Source: a virus
Lineage: Duplodnaviria; Caudoviricetes
Length of the DNA: 64,000 bases
IMG/VR virus record: IMGVR_UViG_3300032246_000977
Span: 5,840 to 69,839 of that record
Strand: one strand, 5' to 3'
In this document: positions 55,885 to 63,515 of the stretch, piece by piece
Layout: every line of letters starts with the position of its first letter
Numbering within the stretch: position 1 is the first letter of the stretch
Position numbers and translations under genes: made by a program
The notes under the pieces: model-generated
What the model was told of the DNA's origin: nothing
Database searches by the model: none
What the model saw: only the letters and a program-made list of their open reading frames with translations

Positions 55885-57176
55885 TAGTGTTTACTTTCTT
55901 CTTCGTAGTAAGCGTATTGACCAAATGGTGGAACAATGCTAGTGGTACCGTGCATGATAAAAACTGTGTCGCAATACTGTTCATCACCCCACGAACCATT
56001 AGGATAACCGTCTGTGAACATGATATGACGCTTGGGTTCAATTTCGTTTGCTTTGAAGTATTGAAACACACAATCAAAGTCTGTACCACCACCGCCCATA
56101 ATTTCGTAACCAGTGATATCATCCAAGTTCTCACTATCAAACTGCTGTGGATTGTAAACTTGTGTATCAAATGATACGACATGGATACGATAGTTAGGGA
56201 ACTGTTCCATAATACCTGCTACTTCTGCTAGGAAGTCTTTAAGCATCTTGTCCAGCATACTACCTGACGCATCAATACTGATAGCAATATCAATCATTGG
56301 GTCCAACTTCATACCGGGCATAACAGCATCCATGTGCCAGCCTCTGCGACTGTTACGCATCCAAGTGTAGTCACTCTTGATAGTGCTCTCTAATTGCATA
56401 CGCAACAACTCACGCCAGTTCATCTTGGGTGCAGTCATGTCTTCGATAATACGCTTGACACCTGCGGGTAAGTTACCAGCACCATCACTTGCAGCCGCAG
56501 CCGCTAGTACTGCTTCTTTAATTTCGTCACGGATTTTTTGTTTTTCTTCAGCACTTAACTTAGGACGGCCACCACCCTTGCCGCTTTTCTCGTCACCTTC
56601 ACCTTCGCCACTGGCATCGTTGCCTTCGCCATCCAAATGCTCGTCTAGCATCTTGTCAATCAAACTGCCAATGTCAATTTTTTCAGCGTTTTCGTACAAG
56701 ATGTCATAGATCTCTTCTGAACTCATGCCTTCGTACTTGTGATCATATAAACAAGGAACAGTGGTAATAAATTCGCCTACACGATGTTTCTTCAAGTCAC
56801 CATTTACACAATAGTCATTGGCAATGTTAAACAACTGTGGATCACGATCTCCACGACGTCCAAAGTGATCATACACACAATGTAATACCTCATGTCCAAA
56901 CAAGAATTCGATCTCTTTGGGCTTGAGCATTTCTACAAAACGGCTGTTATAATAAAAATTACGCCCGTCGGTTGCGGCAGTAGGACACCATTCATCAGCA
57001 TTGACCAACTTCAACCGAGTGGCCAAATTACCAAAAAAGCTGGCACGGAGCAAGAGTCCCACACGAGCAGTAATCAGCTTTTCACGGATTTCACGATCCA
57101 ATTTAGGATCAGTAGGGCCACACAAGTCCTTGAACTTGTCGGATTCTTTTTTATTTGCTGTAGTAGCTGTGCTCAT
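55884..57176 (-). CDS. Metallopeptidase-like plus vWA domain protein (DUF2201-like), MoxR partner
   Basis: TAATDGR and HEVLH (HExxH), then IDASGS (MIDAS), GGGGTDF and MFTDG. Confidence 0.85.
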   Translation of the reverse strand: MSTATTANKKESDKFKDLCGPTDPKLDREIREKLITARVGLLLRASFFGNLATRLKLVNADEWCPTAATDGRNFYYNSRFVEMLKPKEIEFLFGHEVLHCVYDHFGRRGDRDPQLFNIANDYCVNGDLKKHRVGEFITTVPCLYDHKYEGMSSEEIYDILYENAEKIDIGSLIDKMLDEHLDGEGNDASGEGEGDEKSGKGGGRPKLSAEEKQKIRDEIKEAVLAAAAASDGAGNLPAGVKRIIEDMTAPKMNWRELLRMQLESTIKSDYTWMRNSRRGWHMDAVMPGMKLDPMIDIAISIDASGSMLDKMLKDFLAEVAGIMEQFPNYRIHVVSFDTQVYNPQQFDSENLDDITGYEIMGGGGTDFDCVFQYFKANEIEPKRHIMFTDGYPNGSWGDEQYCDTVFIMHGTTSIVPPFGQYAYYEEESKH

Positions 57177-57182
57177 ACCTGT

Positions 57183-57236
57183 CCTTATTATTAACTATAC
57201 TACTATTATACTTGAAATGGATTTATTGGTCAACCG
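57183..57236 (-). promoter_or_regulatory. Sigma70 promoter cassette (TTGACC-17-TATAAT) with leader and RBS; repeat copy 1
   Basis: -35 at 57233-57228 and -10 at 57210-57205. Near-identical to 63421-63474. Confidence 0.8.
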
Positions 57237-57539
57237 TTAATTATTTAGGTATTTTAGCACAAAAAAGCTCTGTTGAGCTTCATTATAGAAGTCTAAATGC
57301 ACTTGCATTTCGTAGTGATATCGTTGATGCCACCCTTCGCTTTTCATAACTTCCCATATTTCTTTTTCATGCTCAGCTAGCCCTTTGTGATGTCGGATAG
57401 TAAATCCAAGCTCACGCTTCATACGCCAACTTACCAACATGGTAGCACGACCGTACTCGTTTATCAACCGTTGGTGCAGTTCTTCAAACTCACGCACACT
57501 GTGAAATATGATCAAGTTCCGTTTAACTGTGGTTTTCAA
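57237..57539 (-). CDS. Small protein of the FxL(K/R)W family
   Basis: Ends LDFYNEAQQSFFVLKYLNN. Confidence 0.7.
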   Translation of the reverse strand: MKTTVKRNLIIFHSVREFEELHQRLINEYGRATMLVSWRMKRELGFTIRHHKGLAEHEKEIWEVMKSEGWHQRYHYEMQVHLDFYNEAQQSFFVLKYLNN

Positions 57540-57744
57540 TGGGTAATCCTTTTACTGTGATGATAGCCTTACGAGCATATTGTTTAATGTTGTCTTCTCG
57601 ACTCATGCGTTCAATATCTTCTAGGGCGGTCATCATAATTTCTGCTTCTTCGGCCTGCTGGTAAACCTTGTTTCTTAAATTGCCAGCATCCAACCAGGAC
57701 ATAACTGTGGTCAACACTTTGGCAATGACCATACTCCACATCAT
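57523..57744 (-). CDS. Small hypothetical protein
   Basis: 73-aa ORF coupled to its neighbours. Confidence 0.6.
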   Translation of the reverse strand: MMWSMVIAKVLTTVMSWLDAGNLRNKVYQQAEEAEIMMTALEDIERMSREDNIKQYARKAIITVKGLPIENHS

Positions 57745-57965
57745 ACAAATCGTAACCTAAACATTAGGGCATCGCGTTCATTACCGAACCAATAACAATC
57801 TTCGTGTGGACCTTCTACAATTACCGCCATGCCCATGTCTGGAAAGTCACGCCACCATGACTCATTCCATACTCCTACATTGGTGTGACACCAAGGCTCA
57901 CACTCGGTATAGTGACTGTAGGTCTTTACAGGAATAACAAGTTTAGGATTACGATCAATAGCCAT
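57741..57965 (-). CDS. Small protein of the FxL(K/R)W family
   Basis: Ends YWFGNERDALMFRLRFV. Confidence 0.7.
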   Translation of the reverse strand: MAIDRNPKLVIPVKTYSHYTECEPWCHTNVGVWNESWWRDFPDMGMAVIVEGPHEDCYWFGNERDALMFRLRFV

Positions 57966-58213
57966 TACTTAAATTTCAATCTAAACAAGGTAGCATCGGC
58001 TGGATCGATAAAGTAAAACGCTGCGGCCTCGTCAAAGTACTCACTGACATCACTGGTTTCGACCAATTCTGACCATACCAAACTCAAGTTCTGTTCTCTA
58101 CAAAACTTCTTCATGGCCCACATACGAAATGCAGGATCGTTGATATACACAGTATGACACTGATCCAGCAGTGCTTCTGCGGGTCTAGGCAGAGTGTAGT
58201 TGTTCACGTACAT
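57965..58213 (-). CDS. Small protein of the FxL(K/R)W family
   Basis: Ends FYFIDPADATLFRLKFK. Confidence 0.7.
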   Translation of the reverse strand: MYVNNYTLPRPAEALLDQCHTVYINDPAFRMWAMKKFCREQNLSLVWSELVETSDVSEYFDEAAAFYFIDPADATLFRLKFK

Positions 58214-58935
58214 TACTGTTGTAGAAAATCAAACAATATTTTATATTCCAGATGAGTCAAATGATATTTGTCACCACCAAAGGTTGAAATAGTTTGTAGT
58301 CGTTGTTGTCCTAACTGTATATCTTGTAACAAGTTTTTTAAATTATCTGTATCGATATTTTTTTTAATTAATTCTAGTAATTCCATATTAACTGTAGTCG
58401 ATGGCCAAGCATTATGTACTGGTTGATCCAGGGTATGACAACCGTTCACAATCAAATTGACCATGCTTTGACAAGTTACTCGAAGTGAAGAATATTCCTG
58501 AGCAACAGCGGCCTGCGGCAATGTATCTGATGACCCACCGATCAGCTCTATTTGTTTACAGTGACGATGTGCTACATGCTCGAGTTTTTTATAAAATCTT
58601 GAAATAAATCTAGAAACTATAGTATCATATGGAGACATTAGTTCGGTATTCCAATCAATGTTTAGTGTGTGTTTTTTTTGATAATCTCTAGACCACCCTG
58701 TTTGAAAAACCAAAATTCTGTTTACCTGCTGACTTAAAATATGATTGTTATTCATAAAGTTTTCTAAAATAGCCGCTATCTCCATGTTTGAACATCCTCC
58801 TACACTAAGGTTAATAACTGGCATTCCAACATGATTAAAATAATCAACCAGACACCCGTGTCGGGGATACGGCATCTCTTGTTGCGGTTTAGGCCACTCA
58901 CTACACCCCCAGCTATCTCCAGCTATTAAAATCAT
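58213..58935 (-). CDS. SGNH/GDSL hydrolase-like protein
   Basis: ILIAGDSWG (block I), INLSVGGCSN (block II) and DKYHL (block V); AGGAG RBS. Confidence 0.65.
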   Translation of the reverse strand: MILIAGDSWGCSEWPKPQQEMPYPRHGCLVDYFNHVGMPVINLSVGGCSNMEIAAILENFMNNNHILSQQVNRILVFQTGWSRDYQKKHTLNIDWNTELMSPYDTIVSRFISRFYKKLEHVAHRHCKQIELIGGSSDTLPQAAVAQEYSSLRVTCQSMVNLIVNGCHTLDQPVHNAWPSTTVNMELLELIKKNIDTDNLKNLLQDIQLGQQRLQTISTFGGDKYHLTHLEYKILFDFLQQ

Positions 58936-58970
58936 AGTATCTCCTTTATTATATTACAATAAAAACCATA

Positions 58971-59246
58971 TCAACGGCTAAATTTCAGCACAAACATAAT
59001 ATGCTTCTTTTCATCTACAACACTATACGCTAGACTTACATTGTCGCCATCATACTCGAGTTTAACACCATAATATTCCTTTACATAATCGTAGAATGTA
59101 AGGAACCCCTGCCCAGCAGGCACAGCATCAGCAAGAGTATCATATTCATTTTTTACTCGTTGTAGTCTAAGAAAATGATCAGTATCGCCGCCTATAATGG
59201 TATCTAACCTAGCGGCTGTATCAGCATAATACTCGTCCTTACTCAC
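58971..59246 (-). CDS. Small protein of the FxL(K/R)W family
   Basis: Ends YSVVDEKKHIMFVLKFSR. Confidence 0.7.
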   Translation of the reverse strand: MSKDEYYADTAARLDTIIGGDTDHFLRLQRVKNEYDTLADAVPAGQGFLTFYDYVKEYYGVKLEYDGDNVSLAYSVVDEKKHIMFVLKFSR

Positions 59247-59523
59247 CCGACCACCATTTGATTGTTTTTGCTCGTAGTTTGATCATGGTAAACTCGTGCT
59301 TATCTACTCTGTGTCGACGAGCTTCCCAAGCAGGTTTGATCATGTACACACCGTTGGCATTTTCTAACCATACTTTGGTGCTACGAGCCACAAAGTCGTC
59401 ATGTGTTTTAAAACACATTTTGCCATTGTCTGCAGGTGAGCAGTTATACATACACCAATATCGCCAAGTGTCGCCAAAGATGGTGCCATCATATTTTGGA
59501 TCTATTTCGTAGTAGTAGTTCAT
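59239..59523 (-). CDS. Small hypothetical protein (possible FxL(K/R)W family)
   Basis: VDKHEFTMIKLRAK near the C-terminus. Confidence 0.65.
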   Translation of the reverse strand: MNYYYEIDPKYDGTIFGDTWRYWCMYNCSPADNGKMCFKTHDDFVARSTKVWLENANGVYMIKPAWEARRHRVDKHEFTMIKLRAKTIKWWSGE

Positions 59524-61034
59524 TTTAATAACGCTCGTGCTTGTTCTAATTCTGGAATATAGTCTCCGAGACGACTTCCTCTGGCTTGATCTAGTTGGTC
59601 ATTGTACTTGAAAAATGCCGCCAGCAGATCAAAATCACAATCATAATTTTCAAAACGATCAATGATTTCGTCCACTAGATGATTGGTATTGCGTCCTGAA
59701 TTGTAATATACCTTGGTTTCTCTACAACGGTACATTGATTCTAACACTTGTTTTCGCAATGGATTATGCCAGGGCCCTAATGAAGTTGATGTGTCCCCAG
59801 CTGGTTGTACCAAGGTATTACACCCTGGAAACTCTCGATCATAAAATTCATAAATCTTGTGAACACGGGTGGCATTGTATAAACTGATCACAGTTTGAAA
59901 TGACAACACATGTCCTTGTTCCTGTACGCGATGACAATTGTCTACAATCGTATCAAAATTGCTACCCCATCTGATGTAATCGTTCATTTTTTTATAGCCG
60001 TCGATGCTGACACTAAACGTAACTCTAGGAAATTGTTTCAACAGATCCATCAGTCTGTCACTGAGTTTTTGTGCATTGGTTCCAATGTTTAAATCAAAAT
60101 CAACTTGATTTTGTTTGATACAACGTCTGAGAAATTCATAGAACTCTGGAAAAATAGTAGGCTCTCCGCCGGCCCAGTAAATGCGTTTTGCTGTGTCAAA
60201 GTTGATTTTGTCATAAGGAAAATCTTGAAAACGCCAGATATCAGTTGTTACAGGGATTCCTAATTTTTTATTTTCTTCTTCTATTAGATGGCTATGCTTG
60301 TCATCACACATTCTGCACATGATGTTACACTTGTTGCTGGGTCTTATTTCATAGCTAACAGGATACTTTACATTTTTTAGATCTAGCTTATTGGTTAATC
60401 TTAGATCCATTACCCATTCAAGCGATTCAAACTGTCTAGCAGATTCACCGCTTAGTTCTTCTCGCTCATAACAAATATTGCATTTGTCAGGCATTCTGAG
60501 TCCGGCCAACATGTTGTTTCTAATAGGAGCAAATGCTGGATCCGTAGACCAATCAGTGATGGAATCAATTTGGGTCACCGGATCTGGGCATTTCATACAC
60601 ATAACAGCAGATCCGTAGTCGTTGATCAAATTTATAAACGGCAAGGCACACAGGCTCTTGTTGGATTTAAACAGGTCGTGCCAATAGATAATAGTTTTAT
60701 TATTTTTGTTGTTTCTAAAGTCTGTTTTGAACTGTTTTTTTTCTAAATCTATCATGAGTCTAAAAGTGTTGACAAACGATTTCCAGTGCGGATAATCGTC
60801 TATGCCTTGGTCTAGCATTAGGATCAAATCAAAATGCGGTGCCAGGTCAACAACAATACTGCCAGGAGCCACATCTACAATAGTTGTGTGATAGTATCCA
60901 GGATCTTTTAAACGATAGGTGTCGCCGGTTATCAACCCATGGTTTGTGGTCTGATCATTGGCAGCCAACGCACTAACCAAATGGTCTGTATTTGAAGTTT
61001 CGTTACCAATGCACAGTATTTTTTTATTAAACAT
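59520..61034 (-). CDS. Radical SAM protein with an N-terminal extension and twitch domain (7)
   Basis: About 125 extra N-terminal residues, then CALPF..MCMKC..CNICY; CNIMCRMC; AGGEP; LDQARGSRLGDYIPEL. Confidence 0.9.
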   Translation of the reverse strand: MFNKKILCIGNETSNTDHLVSALAANDQTTNHGLITGDTYRLKDPGYYHTTIVDVAPGSIVVDLAPHFDLILMLDQGIDDYPHWKSFVNTFRLMIDLEKKQFKTDFRNNKNNKTIIYWHDLFKSNKSLCALPFINLINDYGSAVMCMKCPDPVTQIDSITDWSTDPAFAPIRNNMLAGLRMPDKCNICYEREELSGESARQFESLEWVMDLRLTNKLDLKNVKYPVSYEIRPSNKCNIMCRMCDDKHSHLIEEENKKLGIPVTTDIWRFQDFPYDKINFDTAKRIYWAGGEPTIFPEFYEFLRRCIKQNQVDFDLNIGTNAQKLSDRLMDLLKQFPRVTFSVSIDGYKKMNDYIRWGSNFDTIVDNCHRVQEQGHVLSFQTVISLYNATRVHKIYEFYDREFPGCNTLVQPAGDTSTSLGPWHNPLRKQVLESMYRCRETKVYYNSGRNTNHLVDEIIDRFENYDCDFDLLAAFFKYNDQLDQARGSRLGDYIPELEQARALLK

Positions 61035-61042
61035 AGATTATG

Positions 61043-61258
61043 TTACTTATCGCACCATTTCAATTGAAAATAGGTTTCCCACTGCTGATCTTTGAATTCA
61101 AATTCTACTGTGGCTGGAGCAATAGACCTTAACCAATCATTTACCGCTGGTGTATAACGCCAGGTGTAATCTTGATCCGCCTGTAGACCCTGTGCATCCA
61201 CCGAGTCTTTGTAGACCCAAATCTCGTGTGCTGTTTTAACTATAATTTTTAACCCCAT
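61043..61258 (-). CDS. Small protein of the FxL(K/R)W family
   Basis: Ends FEFKDQQWETYFQLKWCDK; probable ATG at 61258. Confidence 0.7.
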   Translation of the reverse strand: MGLKIIVKTAHEIWVYKDSVDAQGLQADQDYTWRYTPAVNDWLRSIAPATVEFEFKDQQWETYFQLKWCDK

Positions 61259-61476
61259 CGCAACATGAACCAAGTGTAGTCTTCATCGCGATCAAAGATG
61301 TAATAAACTGTTCCAAACTTTCCTGGCGGGCTATTAGTATCAACTCTATACCTAAATGCTTCACGACACCGCTGTCCGTATTGCCTTGGCGTTTCTAAAT
61401 GCTTAACAGGCAAGGTACGCTTGGCATTCCAAAATGCTCGATTAAACTTATCTTCCATGACATTGACTCGGATCAC
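61249..61476 (-). CDS. Small protein of the FxL(K/R)W family
   Basis: Ends YIFDRDEDYTWFMLRWG. The GTG start overlaps the upstream stop; the start is uncertain. Confidence 0.7.
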   Translation of the reverse strand: MIRVNVMEDKFNRAFWNAKRTLPVKHLETPRQYGQRCREAFRYRVDTNSPPGKFGTVYYIFDRDEDYTWFMLRWG

Positions 61477-61664
61477 GACCACCTCAACATAAACATAACA
61501 TAGTCCGAATCCAACTCAAACTCAAACACTCCTTCTGATATAAACAACCAAGGTCCTTGGCAGTTTTGACTACACCAGTCAATACAAGGTTGCCAACCGT
61601 GATATCTGTGACCTGATACCGGATCGGACCGCATGACTGGAGGCATGATGCTAGCTATTTTCAT
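61473..61664 (-). CDS. Small protein of the FxL(K/R)W family
   Basis: Ends FEFELDSDYVMFMLRWS; ATG 61664 overlaps the upstream stop. Confidence 0.7.
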   Translation of the reverse strand: MKIASIMPPVMRSDPVSGHRYHGWQPCIDWCSQNCQGPWLFISEGVFEFELDSDYVMFMLRWS

Positions 61665-61978
61665 ACCGGGTCTCCCCACCTTATTTTAAACCAACTCAGT
61701 TCTTCATCACCACGTAAGTAGACAATGCTACCGCCTAGCCTGATATTAAAAGTCCAATGCGGATTGTTCATAGTGTCGCGGTCAATATGTTCGGACATTC
61801 CATACGTCTGCGTCATCCACTTTCTTATGCTATCAAAGTCCAACATTTTATTAACCCTAATAAAATATTTAAAATGGTCGTTTGCGACGGTTTCGTTTAC
61901 TGTATAGTTCATTGTTGCGGCCATCTCTGCTATAACACGATCGTGATCTTGTTTCCAGTAGTCATATTGTGTCTTCAT
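61661..61978 (-). CDS. Small protein of the FxL(K/R)W family
   Basis: Ends VYLRGDEELSWFKIRWGDPV. Confidence 0.7.
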   Translation of the reverse strand: MKTQYDYWKQDHDRVIAEMAATMNYTVNETVANDHFKYFIRVNKMLDFDSIRKWMTQTYGMSEHIDRDTMNNPHWTFNIRLGGSIVYLRGDEELSWFKIRWGDPV

Positions 61979-61986
61979 AAAAGGTT

Positions 61987-62035
61987 GGAGGGCGGTGCGA
62001 ACACAGCCCTGTGTATTAAAGCTACACCACCCTCC
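61987..62035 (-). other. Structured intergenic RNA element (11-bp outer stem with an inner hairpin) 3' of the AAA ATPase gene
   Basis: The - strand GGAGGGUGGUG pairs with CACCGCCCUCC (one G-U pair) and encloses ACACA-GGGC-UGUGU. Confidence 0.65.
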
Positions 62036-62043
62036 TTTGACTA

Positions 62044-63129
62044 CTAGGCGGATGCCTGTAAAATATACTTGCCGTAGCGTTGATGGAACTCATCAAAGTT
62101 CTTGAGCTTGGTAGGCTGGAATGGCAAGTTGTATGTGGTAAGAGCAATTCTAGCACCCATAACAACCAACTCAGTTTCAAAGTTCTTCATCATGTAAGCA
62201 AAGAAGTTATCTGCCATTTCATGGAACTGTTTATCCGATACCTTGGCTTCAATTGCCGCCTTAAGCTCGTAGCACATGCTGATTACCAGGCTATACATGG
62301 CTGATACTTCTTTGACATTCAGCTCTTTTTCCTTGCCAGCTAAGATGTCTTCGGGCTTGGGCATCTTACCAGCAACCTTGCGGTGTGCCATAAACTTAAC
62401 AGCAAGACCTTCGCCTACTGTACCTGCGATCAGGTTCATGATTGTATCGTCATCACCATCTTCATCTTCAAGCAATTCTGATACGAATGTCCAACTACGT
62501 GGTGTTGCAAAGGCACGACTTGCTGACTTAGCATCAAAATCGTAAAGATCTTGTTTGGCGTAACTCAAGTAACCAACCACATCTTTATGGATGTTCTTGT
62601 TTACTGCCCACTCTTGCCATGATGCAAAATCACACTTCATCTCTTGGTGGATGAAACGATTTGCCAGCGGAGTAGGCATACGATATGTAACACCTTTGTC
62701 ACTCTCACGGTTACCAGCGGCAACCATTACTACATTCTTGGGCAAACAATATTTGCCAATGGCTCGATTCAAGATCAACTGATATGACGCGGCCTGAACA
62801 CTTGGTGCAGAGCTATTAAGCTCATCCATAAACAGAACTACGATAGGATACTGGCTGGCCAATTCCTCAGTTGGCAAATCGATAGGCTCGGCCCAATCCA
62901 TCTTACCAATTTCTTTATTGTAAAAAGGAATACCACGAATATCTGTGGGCTCCATTTGACCCAAACGAAGGTCAATCATATAACCACCGAGTTCTTCAGT
63001 AATGTCTGCTACCAATTCTGACTTACCAATACCAGGAGGGCCCCAGAGGAATAGTGGGCGTTGTTTTTTAAATGCTTTGAGTAGACTCTTACGAGCCTGC
63101 ACCGAAGTGACTGTTCTTGATTCTGACAT
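62044..63129 (-). CDS. MoxR-like AAA+ ATPase (AAA_5-type)
   Basis: Walker A GPPGIGKS, Walker B LFMDELN, DIRGIP, AAGN, PLANRF and ATPRSW. Confidence 0.9.
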   Translation of the reverse strand: MSESRTVTSVQARKSLLKAFKKQRPLFLWGPPGIGKSELVADITEELGGYMIDLRLGQMEPTDIRGIPFYNKEIGKMDWAEPIDLPTEELASQYPIVVLFMDELNSSAPSVQAASYQLILNRAIGKYCLPKNVVMVAAGNRESDKGVTYRMPTPLANRFIHQEMKCDFASWQEWAVNKNIHKDVVGYLSYAKQDLYDFDAKSASRAFATPRSWTFVSELLEDEDGDDDTIMNLIAGTVGEGLAVKFMAHRKVAGKMPKPEDILAGKEKELNVKEVSAMYSLVISMCYELKAAIEAKVSDKQFHEMADNFFAYMMKNFETELVVMGARIALTTYNLPFQPTKLKNFDEFHQRYGKYILQASA

Positions 63130-63176
63130 AAGGGCTGTGTCCTATAAATTGTGATTAAAATTAACTACTAAACTAC

Positions 63177-63205
63177 ATTGTACAACAAAATGATTTAACA
63201 GTCAA
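63177..63205 (-). promoter_or_regulatory. Sigma70 promoter (TTGACT-17-TACAAT)
   Basis: -35 at 63205-63200 and -10 at 63182-63177, upstream of the ATPase gene. Confidence 0.7.
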
Positions 63206-63413
63206 GTGCCAAGGCCGCTTCGTAACCCTCAGCTTCTAAGATAATATCGCGGACGTTTTCGCGGTCAACTGTATCACCGCAGAATTCTCCACCTGTTGTA
63301 TATAGACGACACTTGTAGAGCTGGGTAGCTAGGTTAATTTGGGTAGCGGTAAAGCCATAATCATAGATACCATTAGGGCCGTAAAACTCAAGCATATAAC
63401 GAGTAAAGTCCAT
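63195..63413 (-). CDS. Small hypothetical protein
   Basis: 72 aa with an AAGGAG RBS and its own promoter; contains FCGDTVDRENVRDI. Confidence 0.75.
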   Translation of the reverse strand: MDFTRYMLEFYGPNGIYDYGFTATQINLATQLYKCRLYTTGGEFCGDTVDRENVRDIILEAEGYEAALALDC

Positions 63414-63420
63414 TGTTGCT

Positions 63421-63474
63421 CCTTATTATTAACTATACAACTATTATAGCAAAAAGGTTATTTTTGGTCAACCG
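63421..63474 (-). promoter_or_regulatory. Sigma70 promoter cassette (TTGACC-17-TG-n-TATAAT) with leader and RBS; repeat copy 2
   Basis: -35 at 63471-63466 and -10 at 63448-63443. Near-identical to 57183-57236. Confidence 0.8.
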
Positions 63475-63483
63475 GTTTTACCC

Positions 63484-63491
63484 TATAAATA
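63484..63491 (+). promoter_or_regulatory. T4-late-type promoter TATAAATA
   Basis: Perfect TATAAATA upstream of ATG 63516, divergent from the early cassette. Confidence 0.6.
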
Positions 63492-63515
63492 TTAGCCCCT
63501 TCAACAGATCCTCCT

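Noticed and set aside
58948-58974. Possible sigma70 promoter before the SGNH gene (TTGATA...TATAAT on the - strand)
   Set aside because: The spacer is only 15 nt and the -10 abuts the RBS, too weak to call.
61984-62040. tRNA-like look of the intergenic hairpin (GGAGGG...GTTCG...CCCTCCA on the - strand)
   Set aside because: It is only ~50 nt, with no D arm or anticodon arm geometry and no proper CCA end after the discriminator. Kept as a structured UTR element instead.
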